Assembly: GCA_950097015.1 (NCBI GenBank)
Contig: CATNEN010000041.1
Location: 3,472,001 to 3,536,000, forward strand
Origin: Macrostomum hystrix
Lineage: Eukaryota; Animalia; Platyhelminthes
Direction: 5' to 3'
DNA: 64,000 nt
The position numbers and the translations under genes are program-made. Within the stretch, counting starts at the first letter, position 1. Every line of letters starts with the position of its first letter. A model generated the notes under the pieces. That model ran no database searches. It saw only the letters and a list, made by a program, of their open reading frames with translations, and was not told the DNA's origin. Below, piece by piece: positions 33,001-45,000 of this stretch.

Positions 33001-36000
33001 AGATGGAGAGGTTTCCTAGTTCAGCGTTAATCTAATCCGTTCACTACAGAGATGGAGAGGTTCTAGTTCGGGGTTCATCTAATCCGTTCACTACAGAGAT
33101 GGAGAGGTTCTAGTTCGGGGTTCATCTAATCCGTTCACTACAGAGATGGAGAGGTTTTCTAGTTCGGGGTTCATCTAATCCGTTCACTACAGAGATGGAG
33201 AGGTTTTCTAGTTCAGGGTTCATCTAATCCGTTCACTACAGAGATGGAGAGGTTTTCTAGTTCGGGGTTCATCTAATCCGTTCACTACAGAGATGGAGAG
33301 GTTTCCTAGTTCAGCGTTAATCTAATCCGTTCACTACAGAGATGGAGAGGTTTCCTAGTTCGGGGCTTATCTAATCCGTTCACTACAGAGATGGAGAGGT
33401 TTCCTAGTTCAGCGTTAATCTAATCCGTTCACTACAGAGATGGAGAGGTTTCCTAGTTCGGGGTTCATCTAATCCGTTCACTACAGAGATGGAGAGGTTT
33501 TCTAGTTCGGGGTTAATCTAATCCGTTCACTACAGAGATGGAGAGGTTTTCTAGTTCGGGGTTCATCTAATCCGTTCACTACAGAGATGGAGAGGTTTTC
33601 TAGTTCGGGGTTCATCTAATCCGTTCACTACAGAGATGGAGAGGTTTTCTAGTTCGGGGTTAATCTAATCCGTTCACTACAGAGATGGAGAGGTTTTCTA
33701 GTTCGGGGTTCATCTAATCCGTTCACTACAGAGATGGAGAGGTTTTCTAGTTCGGGGTTCATCTAATCCGTTCACTACAGAGATGGAGAGGTTTTCTAGT
33801 TCGGGGTTAATCTAATCCGTTCACTACAGAGATGGAGAGGTTTTCTAGTTCGGGGTTCATCTAATCCGTTCACTACAGAGATGGAGAGGTTTTCTAGTTT
33901 GGGGTTAATCTAATCCGTTCACTACAGAGATGGAGAGGTTTTCTAGTTCGGGGTTCATCTAATCTGTTCACTACAGAGATGGAGAAGTTTTCTAGTTCGG
34001 GGTTCATCTAATCCGTTCACTACAGAGATGGAGAAGTTTTCTAGTTCGGGGTTCATCTAATCCGTTCACTACAGAGATGGAGAAGTTTTCTAGTTCGGGG
34101 TTCATCTAATCCGTTCACTACAGAGATGGAGAGGTTTTCTAGTTCGGGGTTCATCTAATCCGTTCACTACAGAGATGGAGAGGTTTTCTAGTTCGGGGTT
34201 CATCTAATCCGTTCACTACAGAGATGGAGAGGTTTTCTAGTTCGGGGTTCATCTAATCCGTTCACTACAGAGATGGAGAGGTTTTCTAGTTCGGGGTTAA
34301 TCTAATCCGTTCACTACAGAGATGGAGAGGTTCTAGTTCGGGGTTCATCTAATCCGTTCACTACAGAGATGGAGAGGTTCTAGTTCGGGGTTCATCTAAT
34401 CCGTTCACTACAGAGATGGAGAAGTTTTCTAGTTCGGGGTTCATCTAATCCGTTCACTACAGAGATGGAGAGGTTTTCTAGTTCGGGGTTCATCTAATCC
34501 GTTCACTACAGAGATGGAGAGGTTTTCTAGTTCGGGGTTCATCTAATCCGTTCACTACAGAGATGGAGAGGTTTTCTAGTTCGGGGTTAATCTAATCCGT
34601 TCACTACAGAGATGGAGAGGTTTTCTAGTTCGGGGTTCATCTAATCCGTTCACTAGAGAGATGGAGAGGTTTTCTAGTTCGGTGTTCATCTAATCCGTTC
34701 ACTACAGAGATGGAGAGGTTTTCTAGTTCGGTGTTCATCTAATCCGTTCACTACAGAGATGGAGAGGTTTTCTAGTTCGGGGTTCATCTAATCCGTTCAC
34801 TACAGAGATGGAGAAGTTTTCTAGTTCGGGGTTCATCTAATCCGTTCACTACAGAGATGGAGAGGTTTTCTAGTTCGGGGTTCATCTAATCCGTTCACTA
34901 CAGAGATGGAGAGGTTTTCTAGTTCGGGGTTCATCTAATCCGTTCACTACAGAGATGGAGAGGTTCTAGTTCGGGGTTCATCTAATCCGTTCACTACAGA
35001 GATGGAGAGGTTCTAGTTCGGGGTTCATCTAATCCGTTCATTAGAGAGATGGAGAAGTTTTCTAGTTCGGGGTTCATCTAATCCGTTCACTAGAGAGATG
35101 GAGAAGTTTTCTAGTTCGGGGTTCATCTAATCCGTTCACTACAGAGATGGAGAGGTTTTCTAGTTCGGGGTTCATCTAATCCGTTCACTAGAGAGATGGA
35201 GAAGTTTTCTAGTTCGGGGTTCATCTAATCCGTTCACTACAGAGATGGAGAGGTTCTAGTTCGGGGTTCATCTAATCCGTTCACTACAGAGATGGAGAGG
35301 TTCTAGTTCGGGGTTCATCTAATCCGTTCACTACAGAGATGGAGAGGTTTTCTAGTTCGGGGTTCATCTAATCCGTTCACTACAGAGATGGAGAGGTTTT
35401 CTAGTTCCTAGTTCCATATTTAATGTGGGACTTACAGCCTACATTTTTGTCGGAACAATTCCACTCAGAGGCATGTCAGCCTACGTTTAGGTTAGCCTAT
35501 GAGGAATCTTCTCTTAATGTAAAAGTCTGGTAAGGTAACTCGCTTTATAAGCAACAGGAACAGAAATGAAATTGCCAACATATGTTTAAAATGCCGAAGC
35601 TTTTCGTCCTAAGCGGACATCGTCAGGGTCGATTTATTGAAAAACGAAAACGCAGGTGTTTAAAAGTAGGTTGTTGTACATTGTGAGTTAAAGTCCGATG
35701 GACAGGTCAAAAGGCGAACCATGATCAAAAGGTTGGAGAGGAACGCACACACAGCGCAGAGAGAGAGAGAGAGCGCGTGCCTCATACGTCAGAACACTTG
35801 GAGCTGTTGGCTTGCACCGTTCCCCGCTAATTGGACATTAAGGTTTGGCTTGAGGGCCTTGATGTACATGGCTTCAAGAATGGTCAGTTTGTAATCTTGC
35901 CTACACGTGTCAACAACTTTAAACAGTTCAAGTGGCTCCTTATTACAACAACTATCGCGACCTAGCAAATGGTCCCGGATAGCAGAGTTTTTTACCCAAT

Positions 36001-39000
36001 GCTCCTTAGCCCTCGTGTATAAATGTCGTTTTGTCTTTTCCACGTAAGTAGTGTTCTGATCCACAGAACAATTGAATTGGTACACGACACCTGCAACAAG
36101 TGGCCTTGGAACACGGGATTTCAATCTGCTAACAAAACGGAAAATATTGTCGGTGCGAAAGATGACCTTGATATCAGAGTCAAACCATTTACGGAAAATC
36201 TTTTCAATTTGTTTCTTGAACATCATCGAAGGGGTTCCAATAAATGGCAGGATAATCATGGGAGTGTTCAGGTCCTTATCTCTATCCCTTTCCCTCTGCA
36301 AGCGACCATTAGTGAATTTGTTGTTCATGAACTTGTTGATGTGGTAATAAATGTAGTTTTTGGGATAGCCATTGGCACCAAAGATCCTAAGCAATTCAAG
36401 GGTTTCAAGATGGAACATTTCCCAGGAGCTACAAATCGTGAAGGCTCTCTGACGTAAAGGCTCTCCGATGTCCGCTTTGGACGAAAAGCTTCGGCATTTT
36501 AAACATATGTTGGCAATTTCATTTCTTCTCTTAATGAATCAGGCACCAAGATTATGAGCAACAAAAAGAATAACCACACCGAATCGCAACGAATAAATGT
36601 ATAATATTTCCCACTTATTTTGTTGTCTAGCGGGCAAAGGCTCGAGGTGTCTCGTTTATTGACCGAGGCAAAGCCGAGTATGTATCCCTCGAAATTGCAA
36701 CGGGCAAACTAGCAAAAATTCAAGGGGAACTAGTTCAGTATCATTTTGTTAGTCTATGGTTGTTGTCTCGAATTTATCAGCCCGCGGGGCAGCGGGAAAT
36801 ACGGGACAACAAGTCCGGACTTGTTCGGAAATGAGGAAATGAGGAAGCGGGCTGAACCAGTAATATGGTTCTTCGGGTGTCCGGAAAGTCATGAGAAGGT
36901 GTTATTCTAACTACTTAGACACAAGCTATTGACAAGATACTGTACCATTCTAACACTTGACTTAATATATGTCTATGGCTGAAAGAGCTAGATTCTAGCT
37001 TCAAATTTGGGGGTAAGGCTGATGGTTATAACTTAGAAGTCTAGGCCACTGCAACGCAGAGGCAAAGCAAGCATCTATCGTTACTTTTTTCTTCATTGAT
37101 CCTTGCTGCTGCTTTGAGATGGACGAGTTTCAAGCTTATGCTTATACCAGGTATAAGCTTGGTATATCTGCTCCTGATTGCCATGAAGAACTGCTGAAAG
37201 TGCATGGAGATGTGGCGCCTGGTCTGTCGTCAGTGTACCGATGGTCGTACCCACTGGCCCAAGCTGCCCGTACTGGCCGGCCGAGATCGACGAGAACACC
37301 AGAGCTGATCGAGACCTGCAGAAATCTCGTGAAAGAAGACCCAAAAGTGAGTGTCAGAGATCTTGCTGACTTCATGGAGGTTGGGAAATCAACAGTGCAT
37401 GAAATATTGACTGTAGACCTGCAACTTCGCAATGTGTCTGCCGTGTGGGTCCCGCATGTTCTCTCCGAGGAGAACAAGGTTGCTCGCGTCAATTGTGCCA
37501 AGCAAATACGTCGGATTTTTCATACCGAGGGCATGACCAGCTTCTGCAACAAGTACGTGGTGGAGGACGAGACGTGGGTGTACCTTAAAAACACTGGTAC
37601 ACGGCAGAACAACCGGTGCTGGCTGGGTCAAGGCGACCATCGACCTCAAGTTGTGAGACACTCAGTCGGGGACCCAAAGACAATGCTGGTTGTCGCTTTC
37701 AACCCAAGCAAGCGATTCTCTATCATGTCAACGGCGCCAAAGCAGACTGTTGATGCCAATCGCATCGTTGAATTCGTTCGACACACAGGTGACCTATGGC
37801 GGAGCCTCAGATCACAGCCAATTCATTTGTCCGAAGTCTTGTGGCAGTGGGACAACGCACGACCTCATGTGGCCCAGCCTGTGCAGCAGTACATGGAGCC
37901 TCGTGGAGTTGAACTGCTTTTTCAGAGTCCCTATAGCCCTGATTTCAATTTATGCGACCGTTTTTTCTTCAATTGGCTGAAATCTGACTTCTCGAAGCGG
38001 GAGTTCAGCAGCCACGATGAGGTCCGCGAGGCCGCGTTGCAGTGGGCGAGGGGTCTGGATGCAAACTGCTTGAAACGCGAGGTTCTACGGCTCGTGGAGC
38101 ACTGCCAAGCTGTGATTGACTTCAGGGGAAATTACATTACTGATTAGTAAAGTTTCACGAACAGCGTTTTTATAATTAACCTTTTGTAGTTTTCTCATGA
38201 CTTTCCGGACACCCAAACAGGGAATAAATGATTTATTCACCTGGGGAAATAAATGAAAACGCGTTACATAGACTCTCGGCCGGGGCAAAAGGGGGATACA
38301 TCCCATTCCGCCACCCGAAGTCATGACCAGACCTGGACAAGGTGTCATGCCACAGTCCTGGAGGTCGCTGCCGCTGCCAACACAGTTGGCGCCTCCTGCA
38401 TGTGGCAGTGGGGAGTTGCAGAAACGCGTACGATTGCGGCGGCCGCCACCGCAGGTGCTGGAGCAAGCACTGAATTCCGACCAGGTTGACCAACCGCCGT
38501 CAACTGAAATTCATTGAGAGAGCTTGTTGAACATCGTTTGCGATTTCGACTCGGATAGAGAAAGATAAAATTGCAAGGATGGACGAAAGTGAATAATATG
38601 TGATGAAGGATCTGAGTGCAGTATCATGTGGGTGCAATACCACTAGAGTACGGCATTACGAGAGTGCAGTATCATGAGGGTGCAATACCACTAGAGTACG
38701 GCATTACGAGAGTGCAGCATAAGACTGCAGCCACGCACTAGGGCAGTCGACAGGATTACAGGGCTTGCTTTCCTGGTCGGACCCACTGCAGTTGTTGCCG
38801 CCAAACTGCGGCTCCGGGGAGTCGCAGAGCCGCCTTCGCCAGGCGGTGCCATTACCGCAAGTTACGCTGCAGGATTTCCAGGCACTCCAGCCTCCCCAGA
38901 GACCATCGACTGGACATTCGGTTAGGAGGCAGACACGATTCCGCGTAGAGTTGCCCGAGCAGTTTCGCCCGCCGAATTGAGGCTCAGGCGAGCTGCAGTT

Positions 39001-42000
39001 CCGGTGGCTCCACTGGTGACCCCTGCCGCAGGTGAGGGAGCAGGCCGAGTAGCCGGACCAGGCGCTCCATGCTCCGTCAACTGGGGGGGTGGGGGTTTAT
39101 CGATTTCAATCAGCGCTAATAAATCTGCGGTTTTAGATAGTGAAATTAAAGCATTATGTATTGAGTTGACGCACATTTCGACAGACATCAAGTGCATCCC
39201 TTATTTTTCATGTGCTCTGGTACAATTTTATCGGCCAAGAAACTAGAAAGACAAGCTAGTGAGTGAGCAGTAAGATAAAGTGATTGGTTGTGGAAGAACA
39301 TTGTAGGTTTGGATTTTACAGGCAAGAATGTTAACCCAAAAATGCGTCGCTGCCACAGTTGCAGCTATCTGGTTACCAACTGCTTGCTGAGAAACTCACT
39401 GGGACATGGCCAGGGACTGCAGTCTCCAAATTCGAAAAGCTCGCCGGGGCAGTCGAGCCCGCCAAACTGGGGCAGCGGGCGACTGCAGCTGCGTTGTCGA
39501 CTGTGACTGCCTTTGCCGCAAGTGGCGCTGCATTCGGAGAAATTCGACCAGTCGGACCATCCACCGCTTACTGGGGGGGGCGATAGTGAATGTTTTGCAA
39601 AAGGACTACTACCAGTAATAGGATATAAGATAACAGACCGCAAGCAGCGGGAGTGGCTGAGTTCCACATTAAACTCAGACAACGCTTCCAGGCTTTTTTC
39701 TTGACTACTTCTGTCTGTACATATCCAGAAACTTCTTTCTCAGCCCCCGGCTTTTGCTGCTTAAATCTCAGCTGACAATCGAAACTGTCTAGCCTGGATC
39801 TTATTTATAGAAGAATAATTTTCTCTGGTAATATGCGCTTGTTAATGTTGTGACTCAATGAGTGCTTCACTCGTTCCATGCATTCGTGGCAGGAAATTTC
39901 GGTTCCTTCCACGCTCGTTTAGTAAGCAATAACTGACTAGTTTGAACATGGATACTTGTAAACGATACAGTGCCATGTCGGATATGCATAATTCAAATTT
40001 CTGTGCTTTGTAAATTCAAATGCTACATTTTTTCTCGAACAAAACTGCGCAATCGCCTACACTTCCTGGGCATAAATACGAGTAGAATATGGACAGAGAT
40101 CGCGACCCACTTGGGCAGGAGTTAGTGTTGCATTCGCGAGAGTCTTCGGCGGCGCCTGAGCAGTTAAGGCCTCCATTCTGCGGCGTTGGGCGATCACACT
40201 GGCGGCTGCGCCACTGACTTCCGCCCCCGCAGCTGCGACTGCAGCTTGAGAATTTCGACCACTCGCTCCACCGGCCATCCACTGGCAAGTTCGTTTCGGG
40301 TGAGGCTTTCAACAGTGCCGAGTAAATACGAACGTAGTATGATTTTTCTAAATCCATTGTCCTCTTCTAGTCATTGTGGCTTTAGGATCCACAATATTTA
40401 TTTTTTCAGGAAGCTCAAGCAAACTCTCCTAACCTTAGTTCCACTGAATATTTTAAAAAATATTACTGCTTGAAGAGAAAGGATCTCGCAGCCTAAAATA
40501 CTGAGTGAAACAAGCTATTCCCTCACCAGGACATGGCCTTGGGTTGCAGTCCCGCCAGTCACTGCTGTTTCCTTGACACTGTAGGCCACCGAACTGAGGA
40601 AGCGGGCTCGAACAGTCTCGGGTTCGAACTTCTGTTCCGTTGCCGCACGAGCTGGAGCAGCTGGAATACTCGCCCCAGCTGGACCAGCCGCCGTCAACTG
40701 TGGGGTCATGGGCGAAGCTTAACTTTGTGGGAAACAGCGGGGCTTGGCTTTGGGGAACCAGCGACTGGATGGGCCTGGCTTGGCTTTGGGGGAAAAAGCG
40801 GGGCTTGGCTTTAGGGAAACAGCGACTGGATGAGCCAGGCTTGGCTTTGAGCGAACCAGCGGGGCTTGGCTTTAGGGAACCAGCGACTGGATGGGCCTGG
40901 CTTGGCTTTGAGGGAACCAGCGGGGCTTGGCTTTAGGGAACCTGCGACTGGATGGGCCTGGCTTGGCTTTGGGGGAACCAGCGGGGCTTGGCTTTAGGGA
41001 AACAGCGACTGGATGGGCCTGGCTTGGCTTTGAGGGAACCAGCGGGGCTTGGCTTTAGGGAACCAGCGACTGGATGGGCCTGGCTTGGCTTTGAGGGAAC
41101 CAGCGGGGCTTGGCTCAGGGGAACCAGCGACTGGATGGGCCTGGCTTGGCTTTGAGGGAACCAGCGACTGGATGGGCCTGGCTTGGCTTTAGGGAACCAG
41201 CGACTGGATGGGCCTGGCTTGGCTTTGAGGGAACCAGCGGGGCTTGGCTCAGGGGAACCAGCGACTGGATGGGCCTGGCTTGGCTTTAGGGAACCAGCGA
41301 CTGGATGGGCCTGGCTTGGCTTTGAGGGAACCAGCGGGGCTTGGCTCAGGGGAACCAGCGACTGGATGGGCCTGGCTTGGCTTTGAGGGAACCAGCGGGG
41401 CTTGGCTTTAGGGAACCAGCGACTGGATGGGCCTGTCTTGGCTTTGAGGGAACCAGCGGGGCTTGGCTTTAGGGAACCAGCGACTGGATGGGCCTGGCTT
41501 GGCTTTGGGGGAACCAGCGGGGCTTGGCTTTAGGGAACCAGCGACTGGATGGGCCTGGCTTGGCTTTGGGGAACCAGCGACTGGATGGGCATGGCTTGGC
41601 TTTGAGGGAACCAGCGGGGCTTGGCTTTAGGGAAACAGCGACTGGATGGGCCTGGCTTGGCTTTGAGGGAACCAGCGGGGCTTGGCTTTGGGGAACCAGC
41701 GGGGCTTGGCTTTGGGGAACCAGCGGGGCTTGGCTTTGGGGAACCAGCGGGGCTTGGCTTTGGGGAACCAGCGACTGGATGGGCCTGGCTTAGCTTTGAG
41801 GGAACCAGCGGGGCTTGGCTTTAGGGAACCAGCGACTGGATGGGCCTGGCTTGGCTTTGGGTAACCTGCGACTGGATGGGCCTGGCTTGGCTTTGGGGGA
41901 ACCAGCGGGGCTTGGCTTTGGGGAACCAGCGACTGGATGGGCCTGGCTTGGCTTTGAGGGAACCAGCGGGGCTTGGCTTTGGGGAACCAGCGGGGCATGG

Positions 42001-45000
42001 CTTTGGGGAACCAGCGGGGCATGGCTTTGGGGAAACAGCGACTGGATGGGCCTGGCTTGGCTTTGGGGCAACCAGCGGGGCTTGGCTTTAGGGAACCACC
42101 GACTGGATGAGCCTGGCTTGGCTTTGAGGGAACCAGCGGGGCTTGGCTTTAGGGAAACAGCGACTGGATGGGCCTGACTTGGCTTTGGGGAACCAGCGGG
42201 GCTTGGCTTTAGGGAACCAGCGGGGCTTGGCTTTGGGGAACCAGCGGGGCTTGGCTTTAGGGAAACAGCGACTGGATGGGCCTGGCTTGGCTTTGAGGGA
42301 ACCAGCGGGGTTTGGCTTTAGGGAACCAGCGACTGGATGGGCCTGGCTTGGCTTTGGGGAACCAGCGGGGCTTGGCTTTAGGGAAACAGCGACTGGATGA
42401 GCCTGGCTTGGCTTTGAGGGAACCAGCGGGGCTTGGCTTTAGGGAACCAGCGACTGGATGAGCCTGGCTTGGCTTTGGGGGAACCAGCGGGGCTTGGCTT
42501 TAGGGAACCAGCGACTGGATGGGCCTGGCTTGGCTTTGAGGGAACCAGCGGGGCTTGGCTTTAGGGAACCAGCGGGGCTTGGCTTTGGGGAAACAGCGAC
42601 TGGATGGGCCTGGCTTGGCTTTGAGGGAACCAGCGGGGTTTGGCTTTAGGGAAACAGCGACTGGATGAGCCTGGCTTGGCTTTGAGGGAACCAGCGGGGC
42701 TTGGCTTTAGGGAACCAGCGACTGGATGAGCCTGGCTTGGCTTTTGGGAACCAGCTGGCTTGGCTTTGGGGAACCAGCGGGGCTTGGCTTTGAGGGAACC
42801 AGCGGGGCTTGGCTTTAGGGAAACAGCGACTGGGTGGGCCTGGCTTGGCTTTGAGGGAACCAGCGGGGCTTGGCTTTGAGGGAACCAGCGGGGCTTGGCT
42901 TTGGGGAACCAGCGGGGCTTGGCTTTGGGGAACCAGCGGGGCTAGGCTTTGGGGAACCAGCGACTGGATGGGCCTGGTTTGGCTTTGAGGGAACCAGCGA
43001 CTGAATTGTCTTGGCTGAGCGTTGGCGGAACCAGCCACTGGATGGCACCTGCGACTGGATGGGCCTGGCTTGGCTTTAAGGGAACTATCGGCTGCATCGG
43101 CAGGAGTAGGCTTTCGATAATCAGCGACTGCCACCTAGCGGGTTCGCTGAGCAACCTGGCAATCTATTAAGTTAGCGCGATCGATAGTATTGATTTGATA
43201 TTAGATAGGATTCAGCTAAGTCGGTAGCTGGTTGGTTGACAAATGGCGTTCATGGTGATTCTGTTGGGTACCGTTGGTGATTCTGTTGGGTACCGTTGGT
43301 GATTCTGTTGGGTACCGTTGGTGATTCTGTTGGGTACCGTTGGTGATTCTGTTGGGTGCCGTTGGTGATTCTTTTGGGTGCCATTGGTGGTTCTGTTGGG
43401 TACCGTTGGTGGTTCTGTTGGGTGCCGTTGTTGATTCTGGTGGGTGCCGTTGGTGATTATGTTGGGTGCCGTTGTTGATTCTGTTGGGTGCCGTTGGTGA
43501 TTCTTTTGGGTGCCATTGGTGGTTCTGTTGGGTACCGTTGGTGGTTCTGTTGGGTACCGTTGGTGTTTCTGTTGGGTACCGATGGTGATTCTTTTGGGTA
43601 CCGTTGGTGTTTCTGTTGGGTACCGTTGGTGATTCTTTTGGGTACCGTTGATGATTCTTTTGGGTGCCGTTGGTGATTCTTTTGGGTGCCGTTGATGATT
43701 TTTTTTGGGTGCCGTTGGTGATTCTTTTGGGTACCGTTGGTGTTTCTGTTGGGTACCGTTGGTGATTCTTTTGGGTGCCGTTGGTGATTCTTTTGGGTGC
43801 CGTTGGTGATTCTTTTGGGTGCCGTTGGTGATTCTTTTGGGTGCCGTTGGTGATTCTTTTGGGTGCCATTGGTGGTTCTGTTGGGTACCGTTGGTGATTC
43901 TGTTGGGTGCCGTTGGTGATTCTGTTGGGTGCCGTTGGTGATTCTGTTGGGTGCCATTGGTGACTCTGTTGGGTGCTGTTCTGTATTCTGTTAGGTGATG
44001 TTACTGATTATCGGGTGCTGAGAATGATTAGATAGAATTTTTATAAGATTTTATGTGTTTTGATTGTAGATACTGTAGATTCAGTGTTGATATTGTTGTT
44101 GGTTCAATGAGATATTGAAAGTTGTTGGTGTTGCAATGCGGTTGAGGTACAGTTAGCTGTATAAAGATATTCCTAAATTAGTGTAAAAAATTACTGATAG
44201 AAAAGTGAAGAAAAAAGTTAATTTGCTACATAGTTGTTACATAACAAGTTGCTACATAATTTTGCGTCCGTTATTTGATTATAAAATAAAAATCAGAGTG
44301 CCAATTGAACATTTAATTACTTTTATAGAATTATTAATTAATATTAGTTTTCATTAATATGCATATCTGACATTGGGGCCTGCGTCTTTTGTTGCTGTTT
44401 TTGTTTTATATTTGCACGTGTTGGTCTCGTTAGCCTGATTTAGTTTTGAACGCTGTTCGATTCGCTCCGCTAGGACTCCAGATTCGGGAACAAAACAATA
44501 AGCAGAAAAAATTGAAGCCTTACCTTAAGTTCCTGGCGTAACCCTGCGCTATCAGCTGCGCGGCCTGATGGTAGCTTCTGTGCCCTCGGCTTCCGGTCAG
44601 TGCGAGCTGCTGCAACTGCCCCAGGCCTAGCGCCCCACCCCAGACCTAACAAGTGCAGAAAAATCTTGGCTGGGTGTTGAAGGGACTGTGCTGCTGCTTG
44701 TGCTGTGTGAATGCTTGACGTGACTCACTGCTGAGGCTAATGATTATGGTGAAAGTTACTAACGTGGCAACCTACTTGCTTTGCATGTCAACTCACTTGG
44801 ACACGGCATAAGGTCGCAGTTCTTTAGGTCGATTCCGTCGCCCAGACAGCTTTTACCGCCGTGCTGCGGCGGCGGCGAGTCACACAGGCGAGTCCGCGAC
44901 TGAATTCCCTGGCCGCAGCTGGCGTTGCACGCGGAGAGTTGTGACCAGCTCCCCCATTGGCCATCGACTGCGGTATGCGGAATTTCAGAATCCAACATGT

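Noticed and set aside
32061-35407. CRISPR-like appearance of the 49-bp array
   Set aside because: Units are contiguous with no unique spacers, there are no cas genes, and the context is a eukaryotic intron.
40640-43170. Many overlapping ORFs of the WMGLAWL / PKAKPRWF type
   Set aside because: They are translations of the two-unit minisatellite.
43216-43957. 217-aa and 166-aa repetitive ORFs ([16 protein letters not shown])
   Set aside because: They arise from a 22-bp minisatellite that has no stop in any frame on one strand; no splice or homology support.
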